Notes under the pieces: generated by a model
Told to the model about the DNA's origin: nothing
Seen by the model: the letters and a program-made list of their open reading frames with translations, nothing else
Database searches by the model: none
In this document: in pieces, positions 17,588-25,281 of the stretch
Position numbering within the stretch: the first letter of the stretch is position 1
Layout of the letters: each line of letters begins with the position of its first letter
NCBI GenBank assembly: GCA_045531965.1
Contig: JAZSFA010000113.1
Location: 29,962 to 93,961 of the forward strand
Direction: 5' to 3'
Length of the DNA stretch: 64,000 bases
Source: Eubacteriales bacterium
Lineage (GTDB): Bacteria > Bacillota > Clostridia > Oscillospirales > CAG-272
Translations under genes and position numbers: made by a program

Positions 17588-19711
17588 TTAAATAAACATG
17601 GCTTTACCTTGGTCCACCTTGACCGAAAGCCCCGTCTCCTCGCAATACATCTCCTCATTCAGCAGCGCATACACCTCACCGCCCAGATCCTCCACGTCTC
17701 CGGCATCCAGTAGGGCCTTCAACCGGTTCGGATAGACGGTTACGCCATACCGCCCCAGCTTGCGCATCAGGGTGCGGTCGATCAGGCCGCTGCGATACTG
17801 CTCGATAAGGGGGCGGGACTCCTCGGTCGGGATATAAACCGTAACCGCGCCCGAGTCGATCAATTTGAATTCATGGGCTATATCAGCGAAGGGCAGGGTG
17901 GGCTTTTTCATCATGTTCATGATGCACTTGGCGTCCTGCGCATCTTCTCCCTTCAAGAATAGGTATTCCTCAAAGTAGCTATGGATGACCGACTCCTCTG
18001 ACGGATCAAGCATCCCATTCCATACGGATCGGCACGCGCCGATTGCGGTATCCAACATGGCGGGGGTCTTCCATTCCGACTCAAATACCCACACGTGGCT
18101 CTCTTCCCGTGGCCTTACACCGTTTCGATTGCACCGTCCCGCGGCTTGCAGGATGGAATCCAGACCCGCCATCTCACGGTACACCGTGGGGAAGTCCACG
18201 TCCACGCCCGCCTCGATCAGGGACGTAGAGACTACGCGGCAGGGATGACCGTCCTTGAGACGGGCTTTAATGATCCGCAGCTGCGTTTGCCGCTCCGCCG
18301 GGGGCATGAGAGTGGACAGATGGTATCTCCCCTCCTCCTCCAGCATCCCGTACAGCTCCTGGGCAGCGGCGCGGGAATTGACGATGCAGAGGACCTGCGG
18401 TTGACGGTTCAAGCCATCGGCCAGTTCATTTTTGGCCAGCTTACCGCTCTTATGGAAGGTAATGCGCTTGAAAATCTCCCCCTTTCGCAGCTCGGGCGGG
18501 CAGATCTCCCGAGGCGTTCTTTGCAGATACTCCGCAAATAATGAGCCGAGTGCGGGCTGGGTGGCCGTACAGAGGATCGCGGTCACGTTGTAGGCTCGTG
18601 TCAGCTCCGCGATGGCGTAGACGCAGGGCTTCAGATAGGGCAGGGGGAGCATCTGGGCCTCGTCGAAGATCACCACGCTGTTGGCGATATTGTGGAGCTT
18701 GCGACAGGCGGAGGGACGGTTATCGTACAGCGACTCAAAAAACTGCACCGCTGTGGTCACCACGACCGGCATATCCCAGTTCTCGGTGGCGTATCTCATT
18801 CGTTTCTGTTTGGCGTCAAGGCTCCCCTCCTCGGCGTCATCGTACACGATACCGCTATGGTGCTCCAGTACCACGTCCTCCCCCAAGATCTCTCGAAACA
18901 CCGAAGCGGTCTGTTCAATGATGGAGGTGTAGGGGATCACGTAAATGATACGGTCTTTTCCCGCCGCTTTGGCATGGCGCAGGGCAAAAGCCAGAGAGGA
19001 GACGGTCTTGCCGCCGCCTGTGGGAACGGTCAGGGTGAAAAGGGAGCCTGCCCCTGTTTCCCCCTGCGTCTTGCAGGTGTCCAGGATCGCGCAACGGATG
19101 CGGTTGAGCTCCCCCTTGGGCAGATACCATCCGCAAGTATATTCATCCAGCCGTTGATTCATCTCATCCCACTTGGCCGCAACGTGATCCCGCGGCGCTC
19201 CCATGAAGGCGGCGGTGTCCAGAAAGTCCGCGTCAACGAGGCAGGAGTAGAGCATACGGGTATAGAAAGCCATGTGCTTCCACTCCACGGACGGTACGCC
19301 AACCGAAGGAAGCTCTACCTCCCGTGACCATGCATCGTAGGCATACTTTTTCACCCCGGTGTACCGATTCATTCTACCGTAAAAACTATCCGCGTCTGCC
19401 AGATCGTCCCGACCGCCCAAATTCATCAGCCCGCCGTGATGTCCCATTACACACATGGCGGCAATGGCTTGGCGTTTTCGGAAGCACTCGATCGCGCCGG
19501 CTGAAGCGTGATCCACCTTGGGGCCGTCTTCCACGATGCGCCGCTGGAAGCCCGCGGAATACTTGCCAATGTCATGAGCCAGCCCGCACAGCCTTCCCAA
19601 TTCGCCCGCTCCAAAGGCTTCCGCAAAGGACGCGCTCAGGGTCGCGGTACCTTCCAGATGTTCCTTGACGGATTGTACTTTGTTTTCGGTTTTATGGGCA
19701 ACGTATTTCAT
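17588..19711 (-). CDS. cas3: CRISPR-associated helicase/nuclease Cas3 (HD domain plus DEAD/DEAH helicase)
   Basis: 707 aa. N-terminal HD motifs (LAHDIGKY, MGHHGG), Walker A (PTGGGKT), DEAQ box, C-terminal helicase lobe. Confidence 0.9.
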   Translation of the reverse strand: MKYVAHKTENKVQSVKEHLEGTATLSASFAEAFGAGELGRLCGLAHDIGKYSAGFQRRIVEDGPKVDHASAGAIECFRKRQAIAAMCVMGHHGGLMNLGGRDDLADADSFYGRMNRYTGVKKYAYDAWSREVELPSVGVPSVEWKHMAFYTRMLYSCLVDADFLDTAAFMGAPRDHVAAKWDEMNQRLDEYTCGWYLPKGELNRIRCAILDTCKTQGETGAGSLFTLTVPTGGGKTVSSLAFALRHAKAAGKDRIIYVIPYTSIIEQTASVFREILGEDVVLEHHSGIVYDDAEEGSLDAKQKRMRYATENWDMPVVVTTAVQFFESLYDNRPSACRKLHNIANSVVIFDEAQMLPLPYLKPCVYAIAELTRAYNVTAILCTATQPALGSLFAEYLQRTPREICPPELRKGEIFKRITFHKSGKLAKNELADGLNRQPQVLCIVNSRAAAQELYGMLEEEGRYHLSTLMPPAERQTQLRIIKARLKDGHPCRVVSTSLIEAGVDVDFPTVYREMAGLDSILQAAGRCNRNGVRPREESHVWVFESEWKTPAMLDTAIGACRSVWNGMLDPSEESVIHSYFEEYLFLKGEDAQDAKCIMNMMKKPTLPFADIAHEFKLIDSGAVTVYIPTEESRPLIEQYRSGLIDRTLMRKLGRYGVTVYPNRLKALLDAGDVEDLGGEVYALLNEEMYCEETGLSVKVDQGKAMFI

Positions 19712-20190
19712 GGCCGCTACTCCTATGTATGCTGTCTCATTTCTCCGACCCTCTCGCTAGAGTACGGAACTATGTATAGTGTACACTTTTTTCTGTCAAA
19801 TTGCAAGTGGTTTTCAAGATTTTCAGGCATATTTCGAATGTGTTTTTGTACGAAGATGATATCAGAAAAGCCTTCGCCGTCAAGGTGAAAAAACTTCGCA
19901 GAAAAACACAAATCAACAGACACGAATGCAAACTTTTTCCTTGTACTCAAAAATTGCTTGCTCTGTACCTTGACTGCTGTAGCCTTTTCTGATGTGGGGA
20001 GGGTGCCCTTCGGGCAGAAAGGAGAGTTGTGTATGCAGAAAACACGAATAATCAAATCAAGTCAAAGCCAATTCAAGCGCGTACCAAAAGTATGCAGTGT
20101 GAGATCAAAAGTCGCCAGTCCTGTAAGTTTACATTTTGCAAGCAAGGGTGTATGCTTATGGATGAAATCATGAGAAAGGAGTTCTCACAA

Positions 20191-21708
20191 ATGAAAACAG
20201 CAGTCATCTATGCCCGCTATTCCAGCGAGCGGCAAACCGAACAGTCCATTGAAGGTCAGCTCAGAGAGTGCATGGCCTACGCAGAGCATCACGATATGAT
20301 GGTCGTAGACACATACATAGACCGAGCCATGACCGGCATCAACGACAACCGAAACGATTTTCAGCGAATGCTGAAGGACGCGCAGAAAAAGGCGTGGGAC
20401 GTCGTACTGGTCTACAAGCTTGATCGCTTTTCACGTAACAAGTACGAGATGGCGACCCATAAGAAAACATTGAGGGATTACGGTATCTCCTTAGTATCAG
20501 CCAAGGAGCATATTCCGGAAGGCCCCGAGGGGATCATTCTGGAATCGCTCCTTGAAGGTATGGCCGAATATTACTCCGCTGAGTTGGCACAAAAGGTCAG
20601 CCGTGGTCTGCGCGAGACCCGGATCAAGGGCAATTATGCCGGCGGGGGGATCACCTACGGCTATGAAGTGGTCAACAAGAAATTTCAAATTTGCGAGACA
20701 GAAGCCCCCGTGGTTATCCGCATCTATGAAATGTATGCCTCAGGCATGATCGTCAAAAACATCATCAAGATACTGACCGACGAGGGGATCCTGTACCGAA
20801 ACGGAAAACCATTTGGGAAATCGGTTATATATGGCATCCTGCAAAATGAGCGATACTCCGGTGTCTACACCCACAAGACCGAAGGAACGTACACAAATAC
20901 GTTTCCCCGGATCGTTCCGCAACACTTATTTGAAACCGTACATCTCATGGTTTCCGAGAATCGGTACGGTAAGCATCCCGAGGATGTGGTCTACCTGTTA
21001 CGGAACAAAATGAAGTGCGGATATTGCGGCAAGTCCGTCACCTCGGAATCGGGGACGTCCCGAAATGGAACCGTAGTGCGTTACTACAAATGCAGCACAC
21101 GAAAGAAGGACTCGACCAAGTGCCACAAGGCTCCGATTCGCAAGGAAATACTGGAACAGCTCATTGTGGATGCTACCGTCAAGGTGCTGGACAATCCCGA
21201 GACCATTGACATGATCGCAGATCGGGTTCTCGAAGCGCACGAAAACCGCTTGCGGGATTCGTCGGTGGTCAACATTCTGGAAGCCGAGCGGGACAGGATC
21301 CGCAAGGCGTTGGATAATATGTTACACGCCGTAGAGCAAGGCATCATTACCAGCTCCACCAAGCAACGCATTGAGGAACTGGAAGCGGCTCTGGAGGTGG
21401 CCGAGGGAAAGGTATTGATCGAGAGGTCAAAAGACAAAGTACAGATCACCCATGCGGATATCAAGAAGTTCATCCGAAAGGCTCTGAAGAAGGAGCCGCG
21501 ACTGATGATCAAGCTGCTCGTCAAGGAGATCGTCCTGTACGACGACAAGGTAGAGATCTACTACAACTGCATAGACAAGAAAGGGCCTGATGACTTGGAT
21601 CATCAGGTCTTTTGTATTTATCGGCAGGACTTAGAGGTTGATCCCAAAGAGCTTGGATTTCGGCATAATGTTGTCGGATGTAAACTGGTGCTGGAGATGT
21701 ATTTTTGA
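20191..21708 (+). CDS. large serine recombinase (resolvase/invertase N-domain plus recombinase and zinc-ribbon domains)
   Basis: Start moved to MKTAVIYARYSSERQ (AAAGGAG upstream), which contains the catalytic-Ser motif. LVYKLDRFSR; CGYCGK...YYKC zinc ribbon; coiled-coil C-terminus. Confidence 0.9.
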   Translation: MKTAVIYARYSSERQTEQSIEGQLRECMAYAEHHDMMVVDTYIDRAMTGINDNRNDFQRMLKDAQKKAWDVVLVYKLDRFSRNKYEMATHKKTLRDYGISLVSAKEHIPEGPEGIILESLLEGMAEYYSAELAQKVSRGLRETRIKGNYAGGGITYGYEVVNKKFQICETEAPVVIRIYEMYASGMIVKNIIKILTDEGILYRNGKPFGKSVIYGILQNERYSGVYTHKTEGTYTNTFPRIVPQHLFETVHLMVSENRYGKHPEDVVYLLRNKMKCGYCGKSVTSESGTSRNGTVVRYYKCSTRKKDSTKCHKAPIRKEILEQLIVDATVKVLDNPETIDMIADRVLEAHENRLRDSSVVNILEAERDRIRKALDNMLHAVEQGIITSSTKQRIEELEAALEVAEGKVLIERSKDKVQITHADIKKFIRKALKKEPRLMIKLLVKEIVLYDDKVEIYYNCIDKKGPDDLDHQVFCIYRQDLEVDPKELGFRHNVVGCKLVLEMYF

Positions 21709-21893
21709 AGAATTATACGGGATTTTCGTATCGAACCTTTGAAAAAATGCAGGTTTTCGTTATAAGTGCAGGTGGTGATCCGTCAACAAGCAAGAAGCAA
21801 ATAATGATTGTGTGACAAGGATTATTTCGGCCTCAATACGAGAAGGAACAGGGGTGATTCTAATGATTCAACTGAGGTGTTTATAAGCCAGCC

Positions 21894-21928
21894 AAAAAAT
21901 CCTAAGAACTTTGTTCTTAGGATTTTTT
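21894..21928 (+). terminator. rho-independent (bidirectional-looking) terminator downstream of the recombinase
   Basis: AAAAAAT-CCTAAGAAC-ttt-GTTCTTAGG-ATTTTTT. Confidence 0.7.
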
Positions 21929-21931
21929 CAT

Positions 21932-22128
21932 TTGTGCCGTAAGGCACAACATCGTTTGCGTGGCACACGCAACATCATTTGACCGTTAGGTCAACATCAT
22001 TGCCGCTCGCGGCACAAATGAACGAGGTTGCGACAAGTCGCAAATGATGTGGGCTATCGCCCAACGATGTTACGCCTGCGGCGTAAATGATGTTGCGCTT
22101 CGCGCAAACGGAGCGATGGCCGTTCGCT
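21932..22128. repeat. tandem array of nine sequence-distinct GC-rich mini-hairpins separated by CATCAT/ATGATG linkers
   Basis: Hairpins at 21932-49, 21956-72, 21979-94, 22001-14, 22028-43, 22050-63, 22070-86, 22093-107 and 22112-28. Stems are 5-7 bp and most close with TTG...CAA. Linkers are CATCGT, CATCAT, CATCAT, then a centre, then ATGATG, ACGATG, ATGATG. Period is about 22 bp. Function unknown. Confidence 0.6.
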
Positions 22129-22146
22129 TGGATTGCTGATTTTTCG

Positions 22147-22175
22147 TTGATTTTTAACCAAAAGTATGATATAAT
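22147..22175 (+). promoter_or_regulatory. promoter of the four-helix-bundle gene
   Basis: TTGATT, 17 nt, TATAAT, followed by GGAAAGGTGG RBS and ATG 22200. Confidence 0.5.
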
Positions 22176-22199
22176 TAAATTTGGAAAGGTGGTGTGGTT

Positions 22200-22556
22200 A
22201 TGAAAGAGGATAAGCTCGGTGATCTGTCTATGGAATTATCCGTAGAGGTTTTGAAATTAACAAAAGAGTTACGCACAAAGCACGAAACCGTTATCTCAAA
22301 CCAAATCGGCAGAAGCGCGACGAGTATTTGTGCTAATATTGCCGAAAGCAAATACGCTCATAGCCGCGCCGATTTTATTGCAAAGCTTGAAATTGCGCTC
22401 AAAGAAACAAACGAAACAAGCAAGTGGCTTGAAATGCTTTGGAAAAGTGAATATATAGATGAAGCAAGGCATAAAGCAATTGATAAGAACTGTTCAACTA
22501 TAAGATTTTTGCTTGTTCGGTCCATTCAAACAGCAAAGCAAAATGCTAACAAATAA
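22200..22556 (+). CDS. four-helix-bundle protein (family of 23S rRNA intervening-sequence proteins / Avd-like)
   Basis: QIGRSATSICANIAES...ADFIAKLEIALKETNETSKWLEML matches the conserved core of this family. I prefer ATG 22200 over GTG 22194. Confidence 0.75.
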   Translation: MKEDKLGDLSMELSVEVLKLTKELRTKHETVISNQIGRSATSICANIAESKYAHSRADFIAKLEIALKETNETSKWLEMLWKSEYIDEARHKAIDKNCSTIRFLLVRSIQTAKQNANK

Positions 22557-22572
22557 TTTTCAAAAACTTTTC

Positions 22573-22600
22573 TTGCATTTCCGTTCCTTTTCGGTATAAT
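22573..22600 (+). promoter_or_regulatory. orphan promoter in front of a start-less gene fragment
   Basis: TTGCAT, 16 nt, TATAAT, then AAAGGAGA. No intact ORF follows. The open frame ending at TGA 22852-22854 (...EEEKYAYDIIQKAYEINEKKIAMLDFDKNKKLLEDYHRWLDSRQK) has no usable start codon. Confidence 0.35.
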
Positions 22601-22870
22601 GTGTTTACCACCCGAAAGGAGAACGAAATTGTCATAATCAAATTTATTACCATACTATCAAGTAAAATTAACCCTGCTGCGATGCAAACTGTCTTTTCTC
22701 GAAAATCCGCCGAAAACCGAGGAAGAGAAATACGCCTATGATATTATTCAAAAAGCGTATGAGATCAATGAGAAAAAGATAGCAATGCTTGATTTTGATA
22801 AGAACAAAAAGTTGTTAGAGGATTATCACAGGTGGCTTGATAGCAGACAGAAATGATAACGAAAGGCGGT

Positions 22871-23338
22871 ATGTATATGAACAACATAGAAATTTACGAT
22901 TATATTTTATCAAGAGTACAAGCAGAGCTTTTGGCATTCGGATATAGTTGAAGCGGAAAAAGCGGATTGTTTTACCGCTATTCTGCGGATAAAAAGGTCG
23001 GATGTGTGATTGAAATGCAAAAATCTGCATTTAATTATCCCGGAAGCTATTCATTTACTTTTAATCTTGGTTGTATAGCTCTTTATAATTTACGCGGATA
23101 CAATAAAGAAAAACTTACGCTTAGCACATTAAAACTCGCTCTTACATTTCAAGCTGGTGTTGAGCGCATCGGTATTCTTTGCCGTGGCACAGATTATTGG
23201 TGGGACATCACCGATGAAATTATGAAAGAATATAGTTTAGAAGAATACTACGATAGGTTCATTCAAAATGATATTAAAAAGTGTGCCGCTCACCTTGATG
23301 AGTTGGCAGCAAAAAAGGAAGAAGTTTATTCAAAATAA
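22871..23338 (+). pseudogene. DUF4304-like gene interrupted by an in-frame TGA
   Basis: ATG 22871 (AAAGG upstream) reads MYMNNIEIYDYILSRVQAELLAFGYS, then TGA at 22949-22951, then continues in the same frame as SGKSGLFYRYSADKKVGC... to 23338. The ORF track reports only the downstream part (22967-23338). Confidence 0.55.
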
Positions 23339-23368
23339 TATGTCATCTATTTCGGTCGCGTAACACAG

Positions 23369-23420
23369 ACCTTACTAATTTGAACCTACTTTTATGGTAG
23401 GCGGGTTAGTAAGGTTTTTC
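23369..23420 (+). terminator. rho-independent terminator
   Basis: ACCTTACTAA ... TTAGTAAGGT with an inner CCTAC/GTAGG pairing, followed by TTTTTCTTTTTT. Confidence 0.7.
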
Positions 23421-23558
23421 TTTTTTACAAATGATATGAATCCCGATTTTTTAGCCTTTCGGCGTGTCCAGCGTAGCATAGCTCTCGCAGCTGTCAACGT
23501 GAAAAATTATCGCTGAAAAAGGCAAAATCTTAAGAATCATTAAGAGTTTATAAATCCC

Positions 23559-23587
23559 TTGACCCCTCACACCGAATATGATATAAT
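23559..23587 (+). promoter_or_regulatory. promoter of the YwaF-like membrane protein gene
   Basis: TTGACC, 17 nt, TATAAT. It overlaps the ORF-track start at 23559, which argues for the later ATG at 23649. Confidence 0.5.
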
Positions 23588-23648
23588 GCTTTGGCGTTCG
23601 GCACTTTACCTGCCTAATGCTCAACGATCAATTTCAGAGGTGCCTTTT

Positions 23649-24467
23649 ATGAACAAAATGCTCGACTGGACTTGGGGTGACATCAACAACGGCGACGTCG
23701 GCCCGGGCGCATTCAGTTGGTTTCACCTGCTTTGGATCAGTATCATGATCATCGCTTGTGTCGCGATTGCGTCGACCGTCGCGCGCAAACACAGCGTCAA
23801 AGCTGACCGCATTGTCATTTCGGTTTTATCGGTTATTCTGATCGGTTGCGAGGTTTTCAAGCAGCTTTTCTGGTTTGAATTCTATGGCTATTACCGTTTC
23901 GAAATCTTCCCTTTCCAATTCTGTTCCGTACCGATCTACGTGGCGATCTTCGCCGCGGTGATCCCCTGGGACAAAGTGCGTGAAGTCTGTTATCGCTTTC
24001 TTGCCTTTTACGGCATCATCGGCGGGCTCGCTGTCATGCTGGTACCCAACGCGGTGCTGTATACCTATTTCGTGCCCATGTCGCTCCACGCCATGCTTTG
24101 GCACACGGTTCTTGTGGTCATGGGTGTATATCTGATGATTTCCCGCGGATATGGCAAGCATTTTCGTGAAATGTTCACCCCAGCCGCCATATTCTTGGGT
24201 TTTGTGGCTCTCGCCATCATAGGAAATATTCTAGTATACAAGCTTCATCTTAACACCCCTGCGTGCCAACCGGGAGATCGCCTCAGTATGTTCTACATCT
24301 CCCCCTACTATCCCACCGAGCTGCCGCTTTTGGGTATAGTACAAAAGATATCCTATCCCCTGTTCCTGCTCTGTTATCTTCTTTTCTTCAACGGCTTCGC
24401 ATCCATTGTTTGGGTTGTGACTCATCTCATCCGTAAGCTCCAAAGAAAAGGCAGCAAAAACGCATGA
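23649..24467 (+). CDS. YwaF/TMEM164-like integral membrane protein
   Basis: Start at MNKMLDWTWG (AGAGGTG upstream). Multi-pass membrane protein with the FPFQFCSVPIY motif. Paralogous to 54653-55471. Confidence 0.65.
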   Translation: MNKMLDWTWGDINNGDVGPGAFSWFHLLWISIMIIACVAIASTVARKHSVKADRIVISVLSVILIGCEVFKQLFWFEFYGYYRFEIFPFQFCSVPIYVAIFAAVIPWDKVREVCYRFLAFYGIIGGLAVMLVPNAVLYTYFVPMSLHAMLWHTVLVVMGVYLMISRGYGKHFREMFTPAAIFLGFVALAIIGNILVYKLHLNTPACQPGDRLSMFYISPYYPTELPLLGIVQKISYPLFLLCYLLFFNGFASIVWVVTHLIRKLQRKGSKNA

Positions 24468-24522
24468 TTTTTATCAATTCAAACCGCCATTTATGATTGA
24501 AGAATCGCTTCCCGCACTAAAG

Positions 24523-24559
24523 AATCTTGATCATTTCTACTTGAAATGATCAAGATTTT
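24523..24559 (+). terminator. hairpin terminator overlapping the queH promoter
   Basis: AATCTTGATCATTTC-tactt-GAAATGATCAAGATT followed by TTTA. The right arm also supplies TTGAAA-17-TATAAT (24541-24569) for queH. Confidence 0.55.
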
Positions 24560-24597
24560 ATGCTATAATAAGGGTAGCCACAGATAGGGGGGATTTC

Positions 24598-25239
24598 ATG
24601 AAAAAGAACTATCATGCCGAAACAGAGGCACTGATCGCTACGCACCAAGCGAATGGCGAAGTGCCTACCCTGATCCTCCACAGCTGCTGCGCGCCGTGCA
24701 GTAGTTACGTTTTGGAGTTTCTGTCGCAGTATTTTAAAATCACGGTTTTTTACTACAATCCCAATATTTATCCGGACGAGGAATATTTCCACAGAGTCAA
24801 GGAACAACAGGCATTTATCCGCCGATTCCCTGCCCGCCATCCCATTGATTTTGTGGAAGGTGACTTTGACAAGGACAGCTTTTATGCCGCAACCAAAGGC
24901 ATGGAACACCTGCCTGAAGGCGGCGCTCGCTGTTTTAGTTGCTATGAACTGCGCTTGCGTAAAACTGCTGAACTTGCTCAAGCACAAAACGCTGATTATT
25001 TTTGCACAACCTTGTCCATCAGTCCTCTGAAAAACGCCGAAAAGCTCAACGAGATCGGTATGAAACTGAGTACCGAATACGGGATCCGTTATCTTCCTTC
25101 CGACTTCAAAAAGAAAAACGGCTACAAGCGATCGGTGGAGATCTCCCGCGAATACGGCATGTACCGTCAGGATTATTGCGGCTGTGTTTTTTCCATGCGC
25201 GAGCGAAAAAATCAAGAAGATAAAAGCCAAAACCATTAA
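24598..25239 (+). CDS. queH: epoxyqueuosine reductase QueH (DUF208)
   Basis: LHSCCAPCSSYV, FYYNPNIYP and CFSCYELRL Cys motifs are typical of QueH. Confidence 0.85.
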   Translation: MKKNYHAETEALIATHQANGEVPTLILHSCCAPCSSYVLEFLSQYFKITVFYYNPNIYPDEEYFHRVKEQQAFIRRFPARHPIDFVEGDFDKDSFYAATKGMEHLPEGGARCFSCYELRLRKTAELAQAQNADYFCTTLSISPLKNAEKLNEIGMKLSTEYGIRYLPSDFKKKNGYKRSVEISREYGMYRQDYCGCVFSMRERKNQEDKSQNH

Positions 25240-25281
25240 AAAGGATCGGTTCACTTTCGTGTTCCGATCCTTTTGGATATA

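Larger units (their letters stand above)
20191..23338. mobile_element. putative remnant of an integrative element (recombinase plus AT-richer cargo and decayed genes)
   Basis: A serine recombinase followed by visibly AT-richer DNA carrying a four-helix-bundle gene, a start-less gene fragment and a DUF4304-like gene with an internal stop. Ordinary chromosomal genes resume at 23.6 kb. No att sites identified. Confidence 0.35.

Noticed and set aside
19765-19800. Possible cas3 promoter (TTGACA at 19799-19794, minus sense).
   Set aside because: The -35 box is perfect, but no convincing -10 hexamer sits at 16-18 nt (TACATA or TATACA only). I did not list it as a feature. It remains a candidate for experimental mapping.
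19958-20190. 71-aa ORF, and the 54-codon N-terminal extension of the recombinase ORF (track start 20029).
   Set aside because: The conserved resolvase N-terminus (MKTAVIYARYSS) starts at 20191 with a proper RBS. The upstream codons are Lys/Ser/Cys-rich with no support.
21932-22128. Hairpin array considered as a miniature CRISPR array or as a DGR template/variable repeat, given the Avd-like neighbour.
   Set aside because: The conserved units are only 6-12 nt and the 'spacers' are self-complementary, unlike CRISPR. There is no reverse transcriptase, no TR/VR pair and no target gene in the window, so a DGR is not supported.
22949-22951. TGA in the DUF4304-like gene considered as genome-wide stop-codon reassignment or selenocysteine.
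   Set aside because: TGA terminates many well-defined genes in this window (the AraC gene, argC, both sigma genes), and no SECIS-like hairpin follows the codon. A nonsense mutation is the simpler explanation.
8812-23510. 9-nt identity AGCTGTCAA near both edges of the CRISPR-recombinase block (about 8811-8819 and about 23500-23508) considered as att-site direct repeats.
   Set aside because: A single 9-mer match between two ~250-bp regions is expected by chance fairly often. Serine recombinases also do not generate long direct repeats.
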